A stretch of 64,000 nt of DNA from Pseudomonadota bacterium (lineage in GTDB: Bacteria; Pseudomonadota; Gammaproteobacteria; Steroidobacterales; SZUA-146), in NCBI GenBank assembly GCA_039028935.1, contig JBCCHD010000001.1, positions 135,181 to 199,180 of the forward strand. The letters run 5' to 3'. The notes under the pieces were generated by a model that made no database searches, was not told the DNA's origin, and saw nothing but the letters and a program-made list of their open reading frames with translations. This document shows, piece by piece, positions 39,627 through 47,800 of this stretch; the stretch's first letter is position 1, and the number at the start of each line of letters is the position of its first letter. A program made the translations under genes and the position numbers.

Positions 39627-39641
39627 CATGTTTCGTGCCAA
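39625..39641 (-). promoter_or_regulatory. candidate sigma-54 (RpoN) promoter for the 1801-aa gene
   Basis: The minus strand reads TTGGCACGAAACATGCT versus consensus TGGCACG-N4-TTGCW. GG and GC are at the exact canonical spacing, with one mismatch (A for T). It lies about 70-85 nt upstream of the ATG at 39554. Confidence 0.5.
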
Positions 39642-40106
39642 CGCGTGCCATCTCAAGGTAATCCATGTGCTTAAGGAGTGCGACCGCTACTCTTTTGAGT
39701 CGAGATGTAAAGTCGCTCGACGCAAAGTAGTCACGAGTCAGACACTTACGTTCGATGGCCGCTTGGATTACGTCTAATCGATGCAGTGGACAGGTGGCGG
39801 ATATGGAACAGTCTCGGCGCGACACGGGGATGAAGTCCAAGGGGTCACGTGCCGGCTTTCTGCGTTCGAGTGTCAGGCCTCAGGCTTCAGGCTTGCTGTT
39901 TCGGATTATCGGTGCGCATTGCACGGATTCGGTCGTTTGCGTTCGACGTCAAAAGGCCGCTCGATTGTGGTTTGAGTCGAGACGGTTTTTGTCCCTGGGT
40001 ATGTTGGTGTGATCGATGTCGGTCTCTAGCGGGCGAGCCGCGGGAAAGGCGTTGTGCGACAACTGCTTGCGCGGTGGCGATATACCGATCGTTAAGCCGG
40101 GCGAAT

Positions 40107-42569
40107 TTAGCGTGCCGATGTGTCGTCGCTGAGCACATTGAGAAACGCAACGAGTTCTTTGATCGCGCGCTCGTCGAGCGACTCGATGGGCACGAGTTCG
40201 TGCCAGGTTGTGCGTTTGTCGGCGGGATCCGAGTAATACACCAGCACATCGGTCAGTGTGTCGAACCGGCCGTCGTGCATATACGGTGCAGTGGTGCGCA
40301 ATCCACGCAGGCCTGGCGTTCGAAAGGCGCCGTCGAGTAAGCGCGGTACTTCCGCGGCACGCGCGTCGTCGAGATGTCGACAGACGGCGTCCGCCTCGCC
40401 GTATTCACTCGCGCAATTGAATGGGTCGTTCAGCAAGGCCTCGATACCCGCGAGTCGCCCGGTATCGTGCCGCCCGTTTGCGTTGGTGCCGGTACCGATA
40501 TTATGAAACTGCCCGTTCGTGAATCGTGGACCGTTGTGACAGCTCACACACTGCGTGTCGGCCGAAATGAAGCGTTTGAGTCCGGCGATTTCGGTGTGGG
40601 TTAACAGATTGCTGTGCTGGGGCGCGTCGCTGAGTAAGTCGTCCACCCATACATCGAAGCGCGTAGGAGTGAACACAAATCGTCGTTGATGGGCGGCCAG
40701 CGCTTTGCCCAGACGCACAAACGTGCGATTCAGGCGGGATTCTTGAGATGGGCTCAACGCGTTGTCGTTGAGGGCGCGGACAAACGTCTCCGGCAGGGGT
40801 TCGAATGCGTTTGCATACAGTGTCGCCAGCGCCGAATCGTTGGCCACCAAACGCACCGCATCGTAGCGGTTACCCCCCATCTCGCCCGGCGCTTCGATGG
40901 GTTCAAGCGCTTGCGACCAAAGGCTGTCTTTGCGCCCATCCCAATAATAGTGCTGTCGCCAAGCAACCCCCACCAGCCCCGGCGTGTTTCGCGTTAATGG
41001 CGCGAGCCCCGTTGCGGTTGCTTGGCCATCAGCCAGTCCAAGAGGTGACTGATGACACGTGGCGCACGCGACCGTTTGGGTGGCGCTCAATCGCGCGTCG
41101 TGAAACAGCGCTTGGCCGAGCGCCGCGGCGGCGGCACTGTTAAACACGTCGTTGCCCGGATCGTTGGGTGCCTCGCCTAACGACGTGAGCGACAGTGTTG
41201 CTAACAGTGTTTTTTCGGACGCAGTAAACCTGGTTGACGTTGGCGTCGCTGACGGTTGAGCCTGAGGATTGCTGTAAGCGGGCGAACTCAGCGACTCGAG
41301 AAAGGCCACAAGGTCCGTGCGCTGGGCGGCCGACAAATTAAGGGTCACCAGCTCGTTGTCGTCAGGTGGCGCAGAGTAGTGGGCGAGCACCGCGTCGAGT
41401 GACTCCGCCCGACCATGATGAAAGTAGGGTGCGGTGTGCGCGACGTTTCGCAATGTAGGTGTTTTGAACGCGCCGGCCATGTCGCCGTGCTGGTCGCGTG
41501 AGAGAAAGCGCAGTGCCGAACATTCATTCGCATCGGCGTCGCTATGAGGGCCAAGGCAGTTGAACTGGTCAAGCAAGACCGCCTGAACGCCAAACAAACG
41601 ACCAAAGTCGAGCACCTCACCACGCGCCGACGCCGCGTGTGCGGTGCCTTCAATGGCACCCGTGCCGATGTTGTGAAAGTCACCGTTTGTGAGGAGCGGT
41701 CCGCTGTGGCACTGCAGGCAACGCGATGCCTCAAAATCAATAAAGAGCTTGGCACCGCGCCGCGCCGCCTCGCTGAGTAACGGTGCGGCCGCGTCTTCGC
41801 CGTCTTGAATGAGCGTATCCACATAGCGGTCAAACGGCGCGGGTCGTGGGGTCAACGTGCGCTCATAGGCTGCGAGGGCTTTGCCCACATTGGCATAGGC
41901 TGAATTGACCGCTTGGCGTGTGCGTGCGGGCATGCGGAACCAGGCGTTCTGCCCGGCCTGATCGGCAAATTCGCCAGCGTGCGGGGGTAGCCTTCCCGCG
42001 CGCAGAACGGGTGGCAACGGACCAAAAACCGCCGCGTAGGTGTCGATATAGTCCGGATCTTGCGCAATGAGGTTCACAGCTGCGGTGCGACTTCCGCCCA
42101 TCTCATCGGGTGCTTCGATTGGAATGAGCGCCTGCGACCAGAGCGAGTCGCGTCGGCCGTCCCAATAAAACCAATGCTGCCACGCGCCGCCGATCAACGT
42201 TGGTGTATTGCGCGACAAGGTTCTAATGCCCTGGCCGGTCGGTAAACCGTCGGTAAAATACTTTTGCGGTTGATGACAGCTGGCACACGACTGCGTACCG
42301 TCGCCGCTGAGGCGCGTATCGAAAAAAAGTGCTTCACCCAATCGAACCGCGTCGGGGTGGTTGGCGACGCGATTTGATGGTGCTTTCGGTGTCGGCAAAC
42401 TCGCCAGACTCAGCGAGCGCAAGATGGACACTTCCTCTTCTGTCCAAAAGCGTGGTGTCGGCGAACAACTCACGAGCAACGCGAGCCAACCCACGCTGAG
42501 ACTGATGCGCAGGGTCATTCTGATCGGCAGATTAATGCGGCTCACGTCGAAACGCCCAGTCGATAGCAC
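40107..42569 (-). CDS. lipoprotein made of two tandem di-haem cytochrome c peroxidase/MauG-family modules (four CXXCH)
   Basis: Lipobox WLALLVSC. CASCH at 42273-42287, CLQCH at 41706-41720, CATCH at 41052-41066, CVSCH at 40536-40550. Each half repeats the pattern LF.D.RLS...C..CH, NTP.L, YWDGR.DSLWSQA, IEAP.EMGG, C..CH.GP..TNG.FHNIGTG, F.TP.LR, APY.H.GR. The start may be ATG 42518 (MTLRISLSVGW). Confidence 0.85.
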   Translation of the reverse strand: MLSTGRFDVSRINLPIRMTLRISLSVGWLALLVSCSPTPRFWTEEEVSILRSLSLASLPTPKAPSNRVANHPDAVRLGEALFFDTRLSGDGTQSCASCHQPQKYFTDGLPTGQGIRTLSRNTPTLIGGAWQHWFYWDGRRDSLWSQALIPIEAPDEMGGSRTAAVNLIAQDPDYIDTYAAVFGPLPPVLRAGRLPPHAGEFADQAGQNAWFRMPARTRQAVNSAYANVGKALAAYERTLTPRPAPFDRYVDTLIQDGEDAAAPLLSEAARRGAKLFIDFEASRCLQCHSGPLLTNGDFHNIGTGAIEGTAHAASARGEVLDFGRLFGVQAVLLDQFNCLGPHSDADANECSALRFLSRDQHGDMAGAFKTPTLRNVAHTAPYFHHGRAESLDAVLAHYSAPPDDNELVTLNLSAAQRTDLVAFLESLSSPAYSNPQAQPSATPTSTRFTASEKTLLATLSLTSLGEAPNDPGNDVFNSAAAAALGQALFHDARLSATQTVACATCHQSPLGLADGQATATGLAPLTRNTPGLVGVAWRQHYYWDGRKDSLWSQALEPIEAPGEMGGNRYDAVRLVANDSALATLYANAFEPLPETFVRALNDNALSPSQESRLNRTFVRLGKALAAHQRRFVFTPTRFDVWVDDLLSDAPQHSNLLTHTEIAGLKRFISADTQCVSCHNGPRFTNGQFHNIGTGTNANGRHDTGRLAGIEALLNDPFNCASEYGEADAVCRHLDDARAAEVPRLLDGAFRTPGLRGLRTTAPYMHDGRFDTLTDVLVYYSDPADKRTTWHELVPIESLDERAIKELVAFLNVLSDDTSAR

Positions 42570-42577
42570 GGCGCACC

Positions 42578-43048
42578 TCAGAAAGTCAGATCGATCTCAA
42601 AACGCACATCATCGGTGCCCAGTGCTGAACCGATGCGGTAGCTGAGGACCCAGGCACCGGCCATGTTGAAGCGCACGCCCTCAATTCGATAGCGGCCGTC
42701 GCCAAGATGGTCGGTGATTTGAGGCTGTGTGGGGAGTCCATGGCCGTGACCGGGCATACCGCCACCCATTTGTATACGCGCCGGGAACACCGCGTCGCCG
42801 TCGGTATCCGTCAGTGTTAACACCCACTCGTGATAGTCGCCGATGAGCACATCGCCATCGCGCGGTTCAATGCGCACGTGATAGAGGCCGTTACCGGAGG
42901 CCTGTTGCCAACCCATTGCGGCGGGCTCGGATGGCGCATCGGCCCGTTCGCACGCGGTGGTGACAAACAGCACCAACAGCACTGGCAGCAACCGGAACGC
43001 ACGTCGGCGAGCGGACGGTGAATGGGCGGCATGTTGAAGTTCGATCAT
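42578..43048 (-). CDS. small lipoprotein with YtkA/FixH-like Ig-fold domain and a His/Met/Gly-rich loop; twin-arginine-like signal
   Basis: ORF 42578-43399 trimmed to MIELQHAAHSPSARRRAFRLLPVLLVLFVTTAC (RRxF plus lipobox). YHEWVLTLTDTDGDAVFPARIQMGGGMPGHGHGLPTQP...GDGRYRIEGVRFNMAGAWVLSYRI matches the YtkA-like pattern. The upstream part of the track ORF is AT-rich and looks non-coding. Confidence 0.6.
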   Translation of the reverse strand: MIELQHAAHSPSARRRAFRLLPVLLVLFVTTACERADAPSEPAAMGWQQASGNGLYHVRIEPRDGDVLIGDYHEWVLTLTDTDGDAVFPARIQMGGGMPGHGHGLPTQPQITDHLGDGRYRIEGVRFNMAGAWVLSYRIGSALGTDDVRFEIDLTF

Positions 43049-43420
43049 CACGCGCAAAATCGTGCCGAAGGAAGCCAAAGCGGTCAACCGATCACGCCAC
43101 AGTTGACGCGTTCTGTTGGCGGAGTAGATAGAAAAAGGCCATTTTTGCGACGGCGTTACGGTGTCCGATGAGCATATCGGTGAATGTATTTGACTAAGGA
43201 TTATTCTTAGATTGCAAACAATGATCGCGCCAATCTCCCTACCGTACGGGCGGATCAATTGCCAATACTCGTTAACTATCTGAATTATAGAGGATAAAAT
43301 ATCACTATTCGGATTTAGCACCGACTCGAATTGCGTGGCGGTTGTGCATCGCAACAGGACATTAATCCGGGTTTTGCGATAATGCCCGTCCGGTAACATT
43401 TATCAGAAGGAACGACATTA

Positions 43421-44017
43421 ATGAGTCTGTTGAAATCCATCATCGAAGCGCAAAGCGGCAAAGTGTTGCAGCAGGTCGCTGGCAACTTCGGCCTTAACTC
43501 AGAGCAGGCAACCAAAGCCATTGGCAGCTTGTTGCCCGCCCTTACACAGAACATGAAAAAGAACGCGCAGAGTGACAACGGCCTCGAGGGTCTGTTGGGC
43601 GCGCTCAAAAAGGGGAATCACTCACGCTACCTGGAAGACCCATCTTTGTTTGGACAAGGCGGCAGCCTCAACGAATCCACCATTCGCGACGGGAATGGTA
43701 TTTTGGGTCACATCTTAGGATCGAAGGAAGTCAGCCGTCAGGTCGCTGCGGATGCGGCACAAAAGACCGGCATTGACGCATCAATCTTGAAAAAACTGTT
43801 GCCGATGGTCGCTACCATGGCCATGGGCGGGCTGAGTAAACAGGCACAATCCAAAGACTCCGGTTTGGGCGGGCTGCTCGGCGGCTTGCTGTCAGGTGGC
43901 GTCGCGCAGCAGCGTCAATCGAGCGGCATCGACGGTATCTTGGGTAAGCTGCTGGATGCCGACAACGATGGTTCGATGCTCGATGACATGATGGGCATGG
44001 CGAAAAAGTTCTTCTGA
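43421..44017 (+). CDS. DUF937-like protein
   Basis: MSLLKSIIEAQSGKVLQQVAGNFGLNSEQATKAIGSLLPALTQNMKKN, Gly/Leu-rich LGGLLGGLLSGG, and C-terminal DADNDGSMLDDMMGMAKKFF. Confidence 0.45.
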   Translation: MSLLKSIIEAQSGKVLQQVAGNFGLNSEQATKAIGSLLPALTQNMKKNAQSDNGLEGLLGALKKGNHSRYLEDPSLFGQGGSLNESTIRDGNGILGHILGSKEVSRQVAADAAQKTGIDASILKKLLPMVATMAMGGLSKQAQSKDSGLGGLLGGLLSGGVAQQRQSSGIDGILGKLLDADNDGSMLDDMMGMAKKFF

Positions 44018-44105
44018 TTGCGTAGCGAAACGCGGCGATCACATCGCATCCACACCGGGCCGCAAACACGCGTTTGTCGGCCCGGTTTCTTTTGAGGGAG
44101 CCTGC

Positions 44106-44990
44106 ATGGGGTATTCACGTTCACCGTTTGGCCGGCGACGCGGTTCGGGCCTTGGGAGTCTTCGGGTTGGACCTGGTCGAGGCATCAGTCTGCGCTTGGT
44201 TCCCGTCATTTTGTTTGCGCTGTATCTGGCCTATTACTGGATTGCCAATCAAGAACGCGTGCCCGTGACTAATCGCTCTCAGCTGGTCGACATTTCGCAG
44301 GAACAAGAGATGGCGCTGGGGCTGCAGTCCTATCGCGACATTCTTGGTAAGAGCGATGTGATCCTAAACGGTGAAGTGGTTGACCAGGTGCGCGAAATTG
44401 GCGAGCGGCTGGTCGATGCGGCGCGCGCGGAGGGCTTGGATCCCGGATTCAATTGGGAGTTTAATGTCATACGTTCCAATCAGGCGAATGCGTTTGCGTT
44501 GCCCGGGGGAAAAGTGGCGGTGTACACCGGTTTGTTGCCGGTCGCTGAAAACGCGGACGGTCTCAGTGCCATTATGGGGCACGAAATTGCCCACGCGATT
44601 GCGCGACACGGAGCGGAACGCATGGCCTATCAAAAGTTGGTGCGCCTTGGCAGTATGGTCGCCGCGGTCGTGGTTGGCGACATGGGGTATAACGCGCAGC
44701 GCGCGGTGCAGGGTGCCTTGGGCGTGGGTAGCCAGTACGGCGTGTTATTACCCTTTTCGCGCAAACACGAAACCGAGGCGGATTACATTGGGTTACGGCT
44801 GCTGGCGCGTGCGTGTTTTGATCCCACCGAAGCGCCAAGGCTTTGGCAACGCATGGGTGCTAATCGAGGTGGCAAAGGCACGCCGAACGAATTTATGTCG
44901 ACCCATCCCTCACCGGCGACACGCATTGAACAGTTTAAGGAATGGATGGATGAGGCGGTCTCTATCCGACAGCAAAACTGCCCGGGTTAG
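44106..44990 (+). CDS. M48 family zinc metallopeptidase
   Basis: N-terminal TM segment. NAFALPGGKVAVYTGLL and HEIAHAIARHGAE (HExxH). C-terminal STHPSPATR. Confidence 0.85.
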   Translation: MGYSRSPFGRRRGSGLGSLRVGPGRGISLRLVPVILFALYLAYYWIANQERVPVTNRSQLVDISQEQEMALGLQSYRDILGKSDVILNGEVVDQVREIGERLVDAARAEGLDPGFNWEFNVIRSNQANAFALPGGKVAVYTGLLPVAENADGLSAIMGHEIAHAIARHGAERMAYQKLVRLGSMVAAVVVGDMGYNAQRAVQGALGVGSQYGVLLPFSRKHETEADYIGLRLLARACFDPTEAPRLWQRMGANRGGKGTPNEFMSTHPSPATRIEQFKEWMDEAVSIRQQNCPG

Positions 44991-45017
44991 TGGTCACTGA
45001 GAGCGGCAAGCCATAAT

Positions 45018-45048
45018 AACGACGGCGGCGAGTTAAACCGCCGTCGTT
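45018..45048 (+). terminator. 11-bp GC-rich hairpin after the M48 peptidase gene (weak U-tract)
   Basis: Stem aacgacggcgg, loop cgagttaaa, stem ccgccgtcgtt. Confidence 0.45.
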
Positions 45049-45182
45049 GATTCTGAGTCATTGCGGTTTTTGGGCCGGTCAGTCGCGATGTGTTGCTCGC
45101 ATTCCGTCGGTGTACGCGCTAAAAGACTTGGGTCCATGCCACGCATCCTCTACACTTTCGTTTTATTTGATGTCTATTCACT

Positions 45183-46289
45183 ATGTCGACAGCGCGTCAG
45201 ATCTATCATCATGAGACACCGTTTCGGCTTCGCCGTGGCGGCGAGCTGCCGTCGTTTGAACTGGCGTACGAAACGTGGGGGCCCATCGATGCCAAACGAG
45301 ACCGGGCGATACTGATTTTTACCGGTTTGTCGCCGTCCGCACACGCCGCGTCGTCGGCCGCCGATCCCAATCCCGGCTGGTGGGAAGACATGGTGGGACC
45401 GGGCAAGCCGGTTGATACCAATCGCTACTTCGTCGTGTGTTTCAATTCACTTGGGAGCTGTTTTGGCAGCACGGGTGCCGCAAGTATCAATCCTCAGACC
45501 GGCGAACGCTATGGTCTCGACTTCCCGGTACTGTCGCTCGAAGACATCGCCCAAAGTGGTGCGCTGTTGCTCGATCACCTGGGCATTGATGCTGTGCACT
45601 GCGCGATCGGACCCTCAATGGGTGGTATGACAGCGCTCGCGTTTGGCCTAATGCATCCAACTCGCGTACGTCATCTCATCACCATTTCGTCGTCGTGTCG
45701 GGCGTTACCGTTCGCCATTGCGTTGCGCTCGCTACAGCGCGAAATGATCTGTGCTGATTCGAAATGGCAGCAAGGCGAGTACACCGATGATCAACTGCCG
45801 GCCACCGGCATGCGGCTGGCACGCAAACTCGGCATGATTACCTATCGTTCGGCGGGTGAATGGGCGCAGCGCTTCGGTCGCGAACGCATCGCGCAGTCCA
45901 AGCCCAACACCGATCTGTTCAGTGCGGAGTTTGAGATCGAGTCCTACTTGAGTGCACACGCGGCAAAGTTTGTCGGCAGTTTCGATCCAAACTGCTATCT
46001 GTATCTATCAAGAGCGATGGATGTCTACGATGCGGCGGATCATGCCGGTAGTTTGTCGTCCAGTTTTGCGTTGTTGAAACTCGAGTCCGCGCTCGTAATT
46101 GGTGTGCATAGCGATATTTTGTTTCCGTCGCATCAGCAGCAGCAGCTTGCCGAGCTCATGAACGACGCGAATATCGATGCGCAACTCACGTTCCTCGACT
46201 CGATTCAAGGGCATGATTCGTTTCTTGTTGATATGGATCGTTTTCGTCCGGTGATTGCTGAATTTCTAAGCGCCGCATCACAGGACTGA
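45183..46289 (+). CDS. metX: homoserine O-acyltransferase, MetX family
   Basis: FRLRRGGELPSFELAYETWG, NRYFVVCFNSLGSCFGSTG, nucleophile GPSMGGMTAL, and DILFP...GHDSFL. Confidence 0.88.
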   Translation: MSTARQIYHHETPFRLRRGGELPSFELAYETWGPIDAKRDRAILIFTGLSPSAHAASSAADPNPGWWEDMVGPGKPVDTNRYFVVCFNSLGSCFGSTGAASINPQTGERYGLDFPVLSLEDIAQSGALLLDHLGIDAVHCAIGPSMGGMTALAFGLMHPTRVRHLITISSSCRALPFAIALRSLQREMICADSKWQQGEYTDDQLPATGMRLARKLGMITYRSAGEWAQRFGRERIAQSKPNTDLFSAEFEIESYLSAHAAKFVGSFDPNCYLYLSRAMDVYDAADHAGSLSSSFALLKLESALVIGVHSDILFPSHQQQQLAELMNDANIDAQLTFLDSIQGHDSFLVDMDRFRPVIAEFLSAASQD

Positions 46290-46293
46290 GCGC

Positions 46294-46659
46294 ATGAAAG
46301 CCGATCCCTATGCCTACGCGCTACACACCGTCCAGCTCTTTACGCCCGTCGACGATGAGGTGGTGCCGCTGACCGCGGTTATTCGATATCCGTTTGAGAA
46401 CTTAGACACCCATTGGCTGTGTGCGGCGAGCATCAGCGGTCTGTTTCATCGCAAGGCGGATTTGGAACGCGACACGCCCAGCGCCGCACTCAAGGCCGCA
46501 CGCGCTTTTTTGATTGACGAACTTAGTGACTACGAAGCGCGTGGCGGGATGCTGCTCAACGTCAAACAAGAGCCGGTAACGGATCTACGCGCGCTCTTTC
46601 CGTCGCAGATGTTTGAGTCGGCCGAGGAGGCGCTGTCGGGGTTAACGCGGTTCGAGTAA
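46294..46659 (+). CDS. hypothetical protein (121 aa)
   Basis: ATG 5 nt after the metX stop. No recognisable motif and not MetW-like. Its 3' end overlaps the convergent M23 gene by 18 nt. Confidence 0.4.
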   Translation: MKADPYAYALHTVQLFTPVDDEVVPLTAVIRYPFENLDTHWLCAASISGLFHRKADLERDTPSAALKAARAFLIDELSDYEARGGMLLNVKQEPVTDLRALFPSQMFESAEEALSGLTRFE

Positions 46660-47751
46660 TAACAGCGGATCGACGAGCACGCCGTTTAGCAACACACCAA
46701 GATGCAGGTGGGGTCCTGTGACGCGTCCGGTTTCGCCAACCGTACCGAGGGTCTGGCCGATTTCCAATGTATCGCCGACCTCCACACCAATCTCGTTTAA
46801 GTGGCAATACAGGGTGACAAAACCGTGGCCGTGATCGACAAACACCGTGTTGCCATTAAAGAAATAGTTGCCTGTATCGATTACCGTGCCGCGAGCTGGC
46901 GCGACAATCGGCGTGCCGGTCGGTGCGGCGATATCGAGTCCACTGTGCGGATTGCGCGGTTGACCATTGTAAATTCGGCGTAAGCCAAAGGTGCTGCTGA
47001 TGCGTCCTTCAAGCGGCCACGCCATCACAAGATCGGGGAGCGCGTTTCGATTGAACGTGGTTTTGGCTCGCTGAATACGTAGCCAGTCCTGCTCGATACG
47101 TTTTTGATCGCTGGGGTTGGGGTTCACTTTGCGCGTGTTTTTGATGGTCAGCGATTGGGTTTCATACTCGGTGCTTTGCACATCAAACACCTGTCGCGTG
47201 TCGGCCTTGCCGTGTACTTTCACCAATACGGTGTGCTCGCCGATGTCCGCGTTGAGCGGAATGCCGACGACCGCGTTCCAATAATCGCCTTTGCGCGTGA
47301 CATAAACCGGCCGGTCGCCAAAATACACATCCGGTCGAGGTTCCGCCGCGCGGTCGAGGGTCAGCAGTGCGATGCCGCCCGGCACGGCGTGATGCGCCGG
47401 CACCTGGCGCTCTGGTTTGGCAACGTTAGGTGGTGCCATCGGCTGGCGCATCGCTTGGTCGGTGTTTGCGGGCTGCGAGCGAGGCCGTTGTAGGCGGCTG
47501 CGTTTGGCATCGCGTTGCGAGCGTATGCGCGGTGCTGAGTGTGCGCTGGCGGGCGGGACGGCCGTCTGAGTGGCGGCCGGTGCGGTCGGTGGCGCTGTCG
47601 ACGCGGACGCGTGAGGTGAGGTCTTGTGTGTGGACGGGCGGGTGGTTTCAGATGGGTCGCTGGTCGATGTCGTCATGCACGACGCAGCGACCAGACACAG
47701 CACCAGCGTCATACCAATACGCGATGCGTCGATGTTCGATAAACGGTTCAT
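46642..47751 (-). CDS. M23 family metallopeptidase lipoprotein
   Basis: ORF 46642-48219 trimmed to MNRLSNIDASRIGMTLVLCLVAASC (lipobox). The untrimmed ORF would overlap the upstream gene. C-terminal HSGLDIAAPTGTPIVAPARG...VFVDHGHGFVTLYCHL...GPHLHLGV. Confidence 0.85.
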   Translation of the reverse strand: MNRLSNIDASRIGMTLVLCLVAASCMTTSTSDPSETTRPSTHKTSPHASASTAPPTAPAATQTAVPPASAHSAPRIRSQRDAKRSRLQRPRSQPANTDQAMRQPMAPPNVAKPERQVPAHHAVPGGIALLTLDRAAEPRPDVYFGDRPVYVTRKGDYWNAVVGIPLNADIGEHTVLVKVHGKADTRQVFDVQSTEYETQSLTIKNTRKVNPNPSDQKRIEQDWLRIQRAKTTFNRNALPDLVMAWPLEGRISSTFGLRRIYNGQPRNPHSGLDIAAPTGTPIVAPARGTVIDTGNYFFNGNTVFVDHGHGFVTLYCHLNEIGVEVGDTLEIGQTLGTVGETGRVTGPHLHLGVLLNGVLVDPLLLLEPR

Positions 47752-47800
47752 GAAATCAGCCTGACTGTGTGATGAGAAGTCAATCATCCAAGTTGCGTCG

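Noticed and set aside
39619-39840. 73-aa minus-strand ORF in the spacer between the tandem peroxidase and the mosaic oxidase
   Set aside because: It has a TTG start, no ribosome-binding site that I can see, and no motif. It also overlaps the sigma-54 promoter candidate. It is more likely non-coding regulatory DNA, but a small regulator cannot be excluded without homology or expression data.
45049-45182. Possible SAM riboswitch in the metX leader (a U-run GGTTTTTGGG and a downstream CGCTAAAAG reminiscent of SAM-II-type pseudoknots)
   Set aside because: I could not fold it into the conserved SAM-II/SAM-V architecture by eye, and I do not remember the consensus well enough. A covariance-model scan (Rfam SAM-II, SAM-V, SAM/SAH) is needed before making any claim.
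47386-47676. Long Pro/Ala/Ser/Thr/Arg-rich low-complexity segment in the M23 peptidase
   Set aside because: Flexible linkers after the lipobox are common in M23/LysM-type lipoproteins. There is nothing to suggest a separate function.
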